Of a DNA stretch of 64,000 nucleotides, positions 20,383-28,560 are shown in pieces. The notes under the pieces were generated by a model, which was not told the DNA's origin, searched no databases, and saw only the letters and a program-made list of their open reading frames with translations. Numbering within the stretch: the stretch's first letter is position 1; each line of letters begins with the position of its first letter. The position numbers and the translations under genes are program-made. The DNA is taken from positions 1-64,000 of IMG/VR virus record IMGVR_UViG_3300036770_006296, one strand, 5' to 3'.

Positions 20383-21243
20383 ATGAAAAGAATATTATCC
20401 TTTAATGACTTTGCAATTTTTGAATATAACACTTTTAACTACACTCCAGGAGATAAGTTAAATGAAGCTATATACCTAGACGAAAGAGAGAAAAGACCAG
20501 TAGACGAAGCGGCACTCAAGAAAATGAAAGCCTGCGTGTTTTTCTTAAACGGATCTTATCCGTTTTTTTCATCAATGCTATCTAGATTGATAATCAGAGA
20601 AAACAGAAATCTTAGATTTAAAACAATGGCAACTGACGGTGTTAGTATACACTATGATCCTGATTTTGTAAATGAGCACAGCGATGCAGAGATAATGTGG
20701 GTAATAGCACATGAGGTTTTACATAATACTCTACTTCACTTCCTAAGATGCCCTAAAGATAAAACTAAAGCGGGTGTATGGAATGTTGCAGCAGATTATG
20801 CACTTAACCAGGTATTAACTCCGATAGACCCAGGAACAATAAACACCGCTAAACCTGAACCTGTATCTAAGGGAGGAGTAGGAAAAATGGTGAAGGGTTC
20901 TTTATATCCAGGATGCGGGCACGTTTCTTACGATCGTGAGTTTGTTAACAGAAGTGCAGAATGGATATACGAAAAACTTTTAGCTAATGGATATGTTCCT
21001 GAGCCAGGTGAAGATACACCACCACCCCCACCACCCCCACCACCTCCACAGGATCCTGTAGTTGGTGATATCATATATGATAAAGATAATGATTCTTATG
21101 GTATAATTAAATCTATAGACGATTCTTCAGGCGAGCTTGAGTATGATCCTATACCTAAAAATAAGGTTAAAGAATACTTACAAAGAAAAGCTAAGGGTGA
21201 GAATATATTGGGAGACGATATAGAAAAAGAATTAGACTTCTAA
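20383..21243 (+). CDS. DUF2201-N-like HExxH metallopeptidase (stand-alone N-half)
   Basis: TMATDG..IHYDPDFV, VIAHEVLHNTLLH and WNVAADYALNQ, then a poly-Pro linker and a short SH3/KOW-like C-terminus. CTS-like N-terminus MKRILSFNDF. Confidence 0.8.
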   Translation: MKRILSFNDFAIFEYNTFNYTPGDKLNEAIYLDEREKRPVDEAALKKMKACVFFLNGSYPFFSSMLSRLIIRENRNLRFKTMATDGVSIHYDPDFVNEHSDAEIMWVIAHEVLHNTLLHFLRCPKDKTKAGVWNVAADYALNQVLTPIDPGTINTAKPEPVSKGGVGKMVKGSLYPGCGHVSYDREFVNRSAEWIYEKLLANGYVPEPGEDTPPPPPPPPPPQDPVVGDIIYDKDNDSYGIIKSIDDSSGELEYDPIPKNKVKEYLQRKAKGENILGDDIEKELDF

Positions 21244-21256
21244 TTTAATACGTTCT

Positions 21257-22240
21257 ATGAAAGCTAAGATAACTGACGTTAAAATACAAAAACTCCAGGA
21301 AGATGGAGGAGGGGGAGGAGGAAAGGGCCCAAGGAATCCTAAAAATGTAGAAGTTTGGCCAGGAGATGTTAATGATGTACCGGATAGGGACGAAGATGGA
21401 AACATCAAAGGAGATGACGTAGAAGGAGATTTTAAAAGATATTCCGGACCTAAAACAGATCCTGGATATAATCCAGGAGAAGTACTTAGACCTGGAGAAT
21501 TAGGGGATGTTGGAGATGGTGGAAATATAGACCCAGATAAGATAGCTGAGGAATGGGATGATATAACTAGAATAGCAACCACGGGAGGAAGTGCTCAACC
21601 ACCTCCTTCTATAAGAAGAGCTTTAACTAAACTAAAAGAGCCTGTTATTGACTGGAGAGCTGAGTTGGATAAATTTATAGATCAGGCAATATCCAAATCT
21701 AAGTACACATTGCCGGTTAGAAGATTTTTAGGAGCTGGGAAAGCACAGTATGGATATAAGAAATATAAAGAGGATTTTCAAAATATAGTTATTGCTATAG
21801 ATACATCCGGTTCTATTATTGATCCTTTATTAAAACAATTTATTTCAGAGGTCATTAAAATAACCGAAATATACAAACCCGATGAAACGACAATAATATA
21901 TTGTAGCGACAATATAGATAATATAGATACATTCGGTGTGGGTGAAGAGCCAGATTTAAATAAGATAGCATCAACTGGAGGAAACTATGAAGGATTCCAT
22001 CCACCTTTTAAATGGGTACAAAAAAATATGATTGACGAGGGAAAAACACCTTCGGTTTTTATTTATTTTACTGATGGATATGCAGATTTTCCACCACCCG
22101 AATATTATGATATAGAGAATTATTCAGATAGGTGTATTTGGGTACTCATTTCTTTTAATGATGAACCATTTCCTAGACCCGTTCCTTTTGGTGAAAGAAT
22201 AGATATAGTTTTAGCCAATAATAACGTAAAAAGAATTTAA
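21257..22240 (+). CDS. VWA-domain protein (DUF2201 C-half-like), copy A
   Basis: IDWRAEL, MIDAS motif AIDTSGSI, and TGGN...IYFTDG. Confidence 0.8.
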   Translation: MKAKITDVKIQKLQEDGGGGGGKGPRNPKNVEVWPGDVNDVPDRDEDGNIKGDDVEGDFKRYSGPKTDPGYNPGEVLRPGELGDVGDGGNIDPDKIAEEWDDITRIATTGGSAQPPPSIRRALTKLKEPVIDWRAELDKFIDQAISKSKYTLPVRRFLGAGKAQYGYKKYKEDFQNIVIAIDTSGSIIDPLLKQFISEVIKITEIYKPDETTIIYCSDNIDNIDTFGVGEEPDLNKIASTGGNYEGFHPPFKWVQKNMIDEGKTPSVFIYFTDGYADFPPPEYYDIENYSDRCIWVLISFNDEPFPRPVPFGERIDIVLANNNVKRI

Positions 22241-22243
22241 TCT

Positions 22244-23251
22244 ATGAAAGCAAAAATAACAGGCGTAAGAATTCAGCAAATGAAAGAATCCGGTGGTGGT
22301 GGTGGGGGAGGAGACGTAGAGGGGGACGACTTCGGTATCAGAAATCCTGAAAATGTCGACGAGTGGAAAGACGATGTTCCTGATGGGGATACTCCTGAAA
22401 GAGACAAAGATGGTAAAATAAAAGAGGAGGATTCCGAGTTCAAAAGATCTGATAGATCCGGAGGTGGTGGAGGTCCAGCTCCTGACGGATACAATCCTGG
22501 TGAAGTTCTTAGACCTGGGGAGTTGGGGGATCTTGGTGGAGACAGTGGACTTAACGGAGAAGCATTAGCTGAAGAATGGGAAGATATTACTAGAATAGCT
22601 GCAGCAGCGGGTAACGTTCCAGCATCTATAAAAAGAGCACTGACCAAAGTTAAAAGACCTGTTATTGATTGGAAGGCTGAATTAGCTAAGTATATAGACG
22701 AGGCAATAGCTAAATCTAAATATACATTACCAGCTAGAAGATTTTTAGGAGCGGGAAAAGCACAATATGGATATAAGAAATACAAAGAGGATTTCGAAAG
22801 CGTGGTTGTTGCAATAGATACTTCCGGATCTATCACTAGAGAAATGATAGAACAATTTTTAGGGGAGGTTATGAATATAACACAAGCATATACCCCTAAG
22901 AAAACCATTATATTATACTGCGACACCCAAGTTTACGAGCCGGATATATTAGAGCCAGGAGACACTCCTGATTTTAATAAAATAGCCGGAGGTGGTGGAA
23001 CATATTTTTGGCCTCCATTCAAATGGGTAGAAAGAAATTTAATAGAAGAAGGCGAAAAACCGACAGTATTTATATACTTTACTGACGGTGAAGCAAACTT
23101 CCCGTCTGCGGATGACTATGAGATTTCTCAATATGAAAATAGATGTATTTGGGTATTTCTCACATTTAATGATGAACCCTATCCAAACCCGCAACCTTTT
23201 GGCGAGAGAATAGACATAGTACTTGCCAATAAGAATGTAAAAAGAATATAA
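22244..23251 (+). CDS. VWA-domain protein (DUF2201 C-half-like), copy B; tandem paralog
   Basis: AIDTSGSI, GGGGT.F and IYFTDG; long near-identical blocks shared with copy A (e.g. RRFLGAGKAQYGYKKYKEDF, YNPGEVLRPGELGD). Confidence 0.8.
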   Translation: MKAKITGVRIQQMKESGGGGGGGDVEGDDFGIRNPENVDEWKDDVPDGDTPERDKDGKIKEEDSEFKRSDRSGGGGGPAPDGYNPGEVLRPGELGDLGGDSGLNGEALAEEWEDITRIAAAAGNVPASIKRALTKVKRPVIDWKAELAKYIDEAIAKSKYTLPARRFLGAGKAQYGYKKYKEDFESVVVAIDTSGSITREMIEQFLGEVMNITQAYTPKKTIILYCDTQVYEPDILEPGDTPDFNKIAGGGGTYFWPPFKWVERNLIEEGEKPTVFIYFTDGEANFPSADDYEISQYENRCIWVFLTFNDEPYPNPQPFGERIDIVLANKNVKRI

Positions 23252-23257
23252 AAAGTA

Positions 23258-23266
23258 GATATATAA
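23258..23266 (+). promoter_or_regulatory. Putative late promoter GATATATAA
   Basis: Intergenic, before the AAA+ gene. Confidence 0.6.
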
Positions 23267-23284
23267 AGAAAATAAAAAAATAAA

Positions 23285-24889
23285 ATGGGCAAAAGAATTT
23301 ATAATTTTAACGAGTTTGTCAATGAATCCTATATGAGTGAGGGATTTTTCTCTGATTTGGGATCGAAAATATCATCATGGGCAAAAAGTTTATATAATGC
23401 AGTTAAGTCAGGATTAGTTAGATTGATATCATCAGGACCTAAGAAAGGAACCCCTAGGGTGGCATTGTTTGACGATAGCAAGAGTGATTCAATCTTAAAT
23501 CAGGTTAACAATTTCTACAAAGGTACTGAATTCTATAATATGAATAACCTTGAGATCCCTGAGACCCTTGAAGAAAGCTTCTTATGGGAAGATGCAGTTC
23601 CTTTAACTTATCCTATAGAAGACGACGTACCAAACTATTCTGAACAGGAGATAAAAGAGACTATTAAAAGAAACATGAGAGATATCTTTAGAATTGCAGA
23701 TGAAATGGAAGCAGCTAAAGAATCTGGAGCATCTGATGACGAGTTAGATGATATTTACAGAGGAATTCTAGATGTTAAACCAATATTCATATACGGAGCT
23801 CCAGGGATTGGTAAAACTCAAATAGTAGCCCAAGTTTGTGACGAATTAGGAAAAGAATTATACGGACATAAACTATCTTTAGTTAACGTAGATGGTGAGA
23901 ACGCAGAGCCTGTTGATTTTGCTGGGGTACCTAGTGTAGTAGATATTGAATCACCAAATGAAGAAAACCCAATTGGAAGAGGTGTTACCAGATCTAATAT
24001 TAATGTTGATATACTCCCTTATGATAACGGAAAAAATCAAAAAGGGGGAATCCTATTCATCGACGAGTTAAACCGTATGCCTAAAGAAGTTATTAAGATA
24101 TTTATGAAACTTGCTCAGTCCAGAAGAATCGGTAACAATTATAAGGTTCCTTCTAGATGGTATATCGTTGCAGCAGGTAACCGAAAAGAAGATGATAGAG
24201 GAAATATCGAAGAATTAGGTACTGCTCTTAGAGACAGATTCGAAGCTGTTAACTTTGTACCAACTATAAAAGGATTTAGAGGATATATCGAGGGAAGCAG
24301 ATACAAAGACGTTGTTCTTCCAGAGCTTCTAGATTTCTTAGAATTCCAGCCAGTATACTTCCATAATTTGGATCCGGCTCTTAAGAAAACAAAATATCCA
24401 ACTCCTAGGGCTTGGGTAGATGCTTCGAACTCTTTAAGAAGAGTTATTAGAGAATTGGAAGCTAAAGGAGTTACAAAGATTCCGGAAGATGTGATAAGAA
24501 AAGAATTCTCTAAAAATGTTGGATATGATGCAACATCAGCTTTCTTGAATTTCTACAAGATTGCTAAAGATATTCCAGTAAAAGATCTTATTCTACCTTA
24601 CACGGATCCCGATAAAGCTCCAGTTCCTGCGGATAAAGGGGATAGACCAGATTATACACACGCTTTATTTGGAGCGGTTATGAGAAAAAGCACAGAGATG
24701 CAATTAACACCTAAAGAGGTTTGTAATTATGCTAAATGGTTAGAAAGAATTGATAAAGAGGAAGAAGGAGCAGCACAGATTACAACTTTCTTTAAGCTTC
24801 ATCCAGAATTGGCAAAAGATCCTGCAATGTACTCTTGCTTAGGACCTTTGGCTGATAAATGGGGAGCTAAAGTTGGACAAGAGTTCTAA
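23285..24889 (+). CDS. MoxR-type AAA+ ATPase, locus 1
   Basis: Walker A GAPGIGKT, Walker B ILFIDE, AAGNR, ALRDRF and PTPRAW. CTS-like N-terminus IYNFNEFVNES. Confidence 0.85.
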   Translation: MGKRIYNFNEFVNESYMSEGFFSDLGSKISSWAKSLYNAVKSGLVRLISSGPKKGTPRVALFDDSKSDSILNQVNNFYKGTEFYNMNNLEIPETLEESFLWEDAVPLTYPIEDDVPNYSEQEIKETIKRNMRDIFRIADEMEAAKESGASDDELDDIYRGILDVKPIFIYGAPGIGKTQIVAQVCDELGKELYGHKLSLVNVDGENAEPVDFAGVPSVVDIESPNEENPIGRGVTRSNINVDILPYDNGKNQKGGILFIDELNRMPKEVIKIFMKLAQSRRIGNNYKVPSRWYIVAAGNRKEDDRGNIEELGTALRDRFEAVNFVPTIKGFRGYIEGSRYKDVVLPELLDFLEFQPVYFHNLDPALKKTKYPTPRAWVDASNSLRRVIRELEAKGVTKIPEDVIRKEFSKNVGYDATSAFLNFYKIAKDIPVKDLILPYTDPDKAPVPADKGDRPDYTHALFGAVMRKSTEMQLTPKEVCNYAKWLERIDKEEEGAAQITTFFKLHPELAKDPAMYSCLGPLADKWGAKVGQEF

Positions 24890-25162
24890 ATGAAAAAATA
24901 TAGTCAAATAAAGGAGGGTCATACCTATAAGTATGACCTTTCTAATAGTAAGAAACTTCTAGAGGAAGCCATGGAAAAGATAAACATGGTTAAAGAAGAA
25001 TTTTCTAAGCTAGATGATATAGACTTACAAGAACTCGAGGAAGGTTGGAATCTTATAGATAAATACTACGGAAACGTTGTTAGAGGAGAGATATTCAAAA
25101 GAAATAAAAAAAGGTATATCCCAAACACTTCTGCAGTTTTTCCAAGAAAAGGAGATAGTTAA
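24890..25162 (+). CDS. Hypothetical protein
   Basis: 90-aa helical ORF abutting the AAA stop codon. Confidence 0.5.
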   Translation: MKKYSQIKEGHTYKYDLSNSKKLLEEAMEKINMVKEEFSKLDDIDLQELEEGWNLIDKYYGNVVRGEIFKRNKKRYIPNTSAVFPRKGDS

Positions 25163-25164
25163 CT

Positions 25165-25701
25165 ATGAAACATATAAAATTATTTGAGCATTTTTTAATG
25201 GAAGAGGATGGATTCGGTAGAGACTTCTTTGTTAAAAGGAAGGACGGAAAAGTTTCCAAATACTATTTTAAAATAGAAGGTGAGGAAGAAAATCTAGGAT
25301 TCATTATCAATATAGGCAAACTTTCACGAGGATCTTCTATAGATGAAGCAGAAAATAGCTATTGTGTTGTATCGGCAGAACCAATTAAAATCGGAATACT
25401 TGATGACTATTTAGTAAATGATACAGATTATAAGTCTAGAGAGGATGACGATTTTAATCTCACTAGATCAGAGTTTATGAGATTTTATAGAATCTTAAGT
25501 GAAACAATAAAAGACTATTTACAAAATAATCCTAAGGTCTCTAAAATCTATGACGAGATTACAATGAATCTAAATGTAGATTTCTCTGAGTATAAAGACA
25601 GGGTAGAAACATTAATGGGAGAATGGAGCTACGAAAAATGGAGCGTTCAGGAAGGACCGGATGATGAAACTTTAATTTATACTAGAAGGGACCATGACTA
25701 A
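25165..25701 (+). CDS. Hypothetical protein with CTS-like N-terminus
   Basis: Begins MKHIKLFEHFLMEE. Confidence 0.5.
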   Translation: MKHIKLFEHFLMEEDGFGRDFFVKRKDGKVSKYYFKIEGEEENLGFIINIGKLSRGSSIDEAENSYCVVSAEPIKIGILDDYLVNDTDYKSREDDDFNLTRSEFMRFYRILSETIKDYLQNNPKVSKIYDEITMNLNVDFSEYKDRVETLMGEWSYEKWSVQEGPDDETLIYTRRDHD

Positions 25702-26005
25702 TAATATTCTTTCATATAAAGAATTTATAAATGAATCCAGGATTCCAATAGCTTGGGCTAAGCCATCGGCTACAACAATAAAGGTTCTTTCTTTTATAGG
25801 GGAGAAAGAAAAAGTAACCAAAAGAGAACTCACGGAATTCATAGATAGCATACCGGAAGACGCTTCTGGAAAAAAGCCTTCTATGAACTGGGTTAGGGGT
25901 CAAAAAAAGTATATCAAATATAAAGTCCAAGAGGAGGAAGCAAACTATTTCTCACTAACAACTCTAGGTAAAAGAATCCTAAAAGCATCTAGCGTAAACG
26001 AATAA
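25694..26005 (+). CDS. Putative winged-helix DNA-binding protein with CTS-like N-terminus
   Basis: ILSYKEFINES leader; KVLSFIGEKEKVTKRELTEFI...YFSLTTLGKRIL matches the wHTH pattern. Confidence 0.5.
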   Translation: MTNNILSYKEFINESRIPIAWAKPSATTIKVLSFIGEKEKVTKRELTEFIDSIPEDASGKKPSMNWVRGQKKYIKYKVQEEEANYFSLTTLGKRILKASSVNE

Positions 26006-26038
26006 ATCTTATATTTTTTACTAAATCCTTTAAAAAAT

Positions 26039-26067
26039 GAAACATTTTAATAGATTTGCAGTAGAAT
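26039..26067 (+). promoter_or_regulatory. GAAAC-N16-AGTAGAAT promoter, overlapping a Bacteroidota-type TAGATTTG element (26051-26058)
   Basis: Intergenic, upstream of the Hc1-like ORF. Confidence 0.5.
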
Positions 26068-26083
26068 AATAAAATATTTAACA

Positions 26084-26263
26084 ATGGAAAATTACGAAAA
26101 AATCAAGGAATTAGTAGAAAGCATGTCTAAAGATATGGAAGCTTTTTACGTAAAAGGTAACAAGTCTGCTGGTACACGTGTAAGAACAGCTTGTCAAGAG
26201 CTTAAGAAATTAGCTCAAGATTTAAGAGTTAACGTACAAGAAACTAAAAACACCAAAGCTTAA
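26084..26263 (+). CDS. Histone H1-like (Hc1 family, short Bacteroidota type) protein; absent from the ORF track
   Basis: Translates as MENYEKIKELVESMSKDMEAFYVKGNKSAGTRVRTACQELKKLAQDLRVNVQETKNTKA (59 aa), with the GNKxAGTR.R signature. Confidence 0.75.
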   Translation: MENYEKIKELVESMSKDMEAFYVKGNKSAGTRVRTACQELKKLAQDLRVNVQETKNTKA

Positions 26264-26268
26264 TCTTT

Positions 26269-26499
26269 ATGAGTTACTATATTTGTAAAGTTAGCTTTTT
26301 TACTGGTGAGGTTTCTAAAAGTACTGGTAAGGCAAAGGCATCTAGATCTGAAATACTTGTAGAGGCGGAGAGTGTAACTGATGCTGAAGCAACTCTTCAC
26401 AAGCACTTAGCTGGTGATAATGCAACTGCTCATTTAGATTTCGAGGTTACTTCAGTAGCACAGTCTAAAATCGAGTCTGTAGTACAGATTAGAGGTTAA
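26269..26499 (+). CDS. DUF4494-like protein
   Basis: YYICKV...ILVEAESVTDAEA...FEVTSV pattern resembles the Bacteroidota/crAss-type DUF4494 family. Confidence 0.55.
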   Translation: MSYYICKVSFFTGEVSKSTGKAKASRSEILVEAESVTDAEATLHKHLAGDNATAHLDFEVTSVAQSKIESVVQIRG

Positions 26500-26506
26500 A
26501 AAACAT

Positions 26507-26541
26507 AATCCCCGATGATATATAATCTATCGGGGATTTTT
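26507..26541 (+). terminator. Intrinsic terminator hairpin with GATATATAA in its loop
   Basis: AATCCCCGAT (26507-26516) / ATCGGGGATT (26529-26538) is a perfect 10-bp inverted repeat followed by a T-run. Confidence 0.7.
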
Positions 26542-26564
26542 GTATTCCCTAATTAAATTAAACT

Positions 26565-26738
26565 ATGGGAAAACCTAAAAAAAAATCTGCGGAGACCAGT
26601 TCATATGAACCTCCTGTTTCGCCAGTAAAAATACCAAAGGGGGATACTGGGTTTAATATAGTTAAAAATAATTACAGAAGATTTATTTGGACCTGGAATC
26701 AATACACGGATAAAAAACCCAAGTTTCAAAAAACGTAG
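26565..26738 (+). CDS. Small basic hypothetical protein; absent from the ORF track
   Basis: 57-aa ORF MGKPKKKSAETSSYEPPVSPVKIPKGDTGFNIVKNNYRRFIWTWNQYTDKKPKFQKT that fills the gap after the late motif. Confidence 0.45.
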   Translation: MGKPKKKSAETSSYEPPVSPVKIPKGDTGFNIVKNNYRRFIWTWNQYTDKKPKFQKT

Positions 26739-26742
26739 TAAT

Positions 26743-27087
26743 ATGCCAGCAGTTTCTAAAACACAACAGAGATTAATGGGACAAGCTCACGGAGTCAGAA
26801 AATTCTTGGACACCAATGGGAAAGAGGGTTTGAACCCAAGAAAGATTGATTCAGCATACAGAGAAACTATAGTGGAGATAGCTAAGAACATGAAGAAAAA
26901 AGCTCTTAAGGATTACGCTAGCACTAAACACGCTAACCTTCCGGAAGAAGTTGAGGAAGTAGAAGAGGGAATTGCTACTATAATACCACATCTTAGTCCT
27001 GAGTCTAATAAGCCTAAGAAATCTAAAGCAAGAAAGATGCAGAATCTTTCCGATTATAGAGAATTTGTAACTAAAATAAAAAAATAA
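26743..27087 (+). CDS. DUF3008-like small basic protein
   Basis: MPAVSKTQQRLMGQAHG N-terminus and ...LKDYASTKHANLPE. Confidence 0.55.
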   Translation: MPAVSKTQQRLMGQAHGVRKFLDTNGKEGLNPRKIDSAYRETIVEIAKNMKKKALKDYASTKHANLPEEVEEVEEGIATIIPHLSPESNKPKKSKARKMQNLSDYREFVTKIKK

Positions 27088-27088
27088 T

Positions 27089-27556
27089 ATGAGTGAAGAT
27101 TGCGGATGTGGCGGAGTCACAGATAATATCAGAAGCTATGATTCACATAGAGCTTCTAAATACGACCAAGATCCTTTAGTTGGTAAGAGAGTTTCTCTTA
27201 TAGATGGAAGAAGCGGAAGAGTTGATGATTCTATTAGAAACAGCGTTGGTGAGGTGATAGGATATGTTATAGAAGGTGAAAGAGGTATGTATAGGGTGTT
27301 TAAGGATAAGATCTCTAGCGAGCTTGAAGAAAGCGGAGGTGCCATGGCTTCTTTAGCTGGAACCCCTGGAATGGGTAACGTTGTGCCTCCTGGACCAGGG
27401 AGAACTGGATCAGGAGATCAATTTCCTAGTTTAACTGTGGGTACACCTGCAGCTAAAAAAAAGAAGAAAAAGGTTTCTAAAGAAACACCTAATCCAATAA
27501 GTAATTCGTTGATGGATTTTAAAACATTCCAAAGAGCATCGAAATCGAACCAATAA
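27089..27556 (+). CDS. Hypothetical protein with an SH3/KOW-like segment
   Basis: LVGKRVSLIDGRSGRV...VIGYVIEGERGMYRVFKDKI, then a G/P-rich linker and a C-terminal LMDFKTF. Confidence 0.4.
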   Translation: MSEDCGCGGVTDNIRSYDSHRASKYDQDPLVGKRVSLIDGRSGRVDDSIRNSVGEVIGYVIEGERGMYRVFKDKISSELEESGGAMASLAGTPGMGNVVPPGPGRTGSGDQFPSLTVGTPAAKKKKKKVSKETPNPISNSLMDFKTFQRASKSNQ

Positions 27557-27581
27557 TATTTATTTTTCTTAATTTAGCTAT

Positions 27582-27968
27582 GTGCAAAGAATTAAGATAA
27601 TACAGGAAGAATATGCTAATGATCCTTGGAAGGTTTTAGTATGTTGTATATTACTTAATCAAACTAGTAATAAACAAGTAAGACCTTTAATAGAAAATTT
27701 CTTTAAAAAATGGCCAAATTCTAAATCCTTGATATGGGAGGATGATTTGGTCATTTCCGATTTTATAAAAACCACAGGATTCCAAAATGTGAAAGCAAAG
27801 AGAATAAAAAATTTCTCCAGTGCATGGGAATCAGGAGTAAGAGATCCTTTTAAATTTCCTGGTATAGGAGATTATGGAAGGGAAGCCTGGAGGATCTTTG
27901 TAACCAAAGACATATCATTTATTCCTAAGGATAAGAAGCTTAAAATGTATTTAGAATCGATTCAGTAA
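27582..27968 (+). CDS. MBD4-like HhH-GPD DNA glycosylase (minimal catalytic domain)
   Basis: IQEEYANDPWKVLVCCILLNQTS...FFKKWP...GFQNVKAKRI..FS...PGIGDYGREAWRIF parallels the MBD4 glycosylase domain. Confidence 0.75.
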   Translation: MQRIKIIQEEYANDPWKVLVCCILLNQTSNKQVRPLIENFFKKWPNSKSLIWEDDLVISDFIKTTGFQNVKAKRIKNFSSAWESGVRDPFKFPGIGDYGREAWRIFVTKDISFIPKDKKLKMYLESIQ

Positions 27969-27978
27969 TATATACTAC

Positions 27979-28560
27979 ATGAATCATTTATTTACGTTTC
28001 AACAGCTTTTTGAAAAGCTTCAAATGGTAACAGCTAACTGGGCAATAGTAAGCAACGAATCTTCTTTTGAAAAGAAAGACGAGAATGGATATTTAGTTTT
28101 TAGTAAAAATGGAACATTCTCAATTATATACAACAAGAAAAAGGAGAACGAAGAAGCTAGAATAGAATTTTATTCTAGTAAAGAAAATTCAACAGATAAA
28201 AAATCAGTTTGTGAGTGTAAAATAACTACTACTTCAGGATCTGACAGAGTAAAAAAAGGATTTCCTGATATCACGCCAGATAATATGTGGGATATATTGG
28301 TGACTTTCTTTGATTACAGTGATCTTGAGAAAGTAGATAAAAATGCGGTAGATGTATTTATGATGGGATTCACTAAATCTATCAAAGAGGTTAATAAGAG
28401 TGAGGAAAAAGATCAGCTATCCCCATCATTTAAAGTTTTCTATAAATATTTAAGCGAGTGGAGCAAGAAATCTAAAGAAATTCCTCCGGTTACCACTGAC
28501 GAGTATAATTTCATGGATATAGTAAACAAATTTGCTTCCTATTTTAAATCAAACAAATAA
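27979..28560 (+). CDS. Hypothetical protein with CTS-like N-terminus
   Basis: Begins MNHLFTFQQLFEK and is preceded by AATATATAC (27967-27975). Confidence 0.5.
   Translation: MNHLFTFQQLFEKLQMVTANWAIVSNESSFEKKDENGYLVFSKNGTFSIIYNKKKENEEARIEFYSSKENSTDKKSVCECKITTTSGSDRVKKGFPDITPDNMWDILVTFFDYSDLEKVDKNAVDVFMMGFTKSIKEVNKSEEKDQLSPSFKVFYKYLSEWSKKSKEIPPVTTDEYNFMDIVNKFASYFKSNK

Noticed and set aside
21257-21300. VWA N-termini (MKAKIT..) as split-intein C-fragments
   Set aside because: There is only superficial similarity to IntC starts, no downstream H-N-C/S splice junction, and the peptidase C-terminus is not an IntN.
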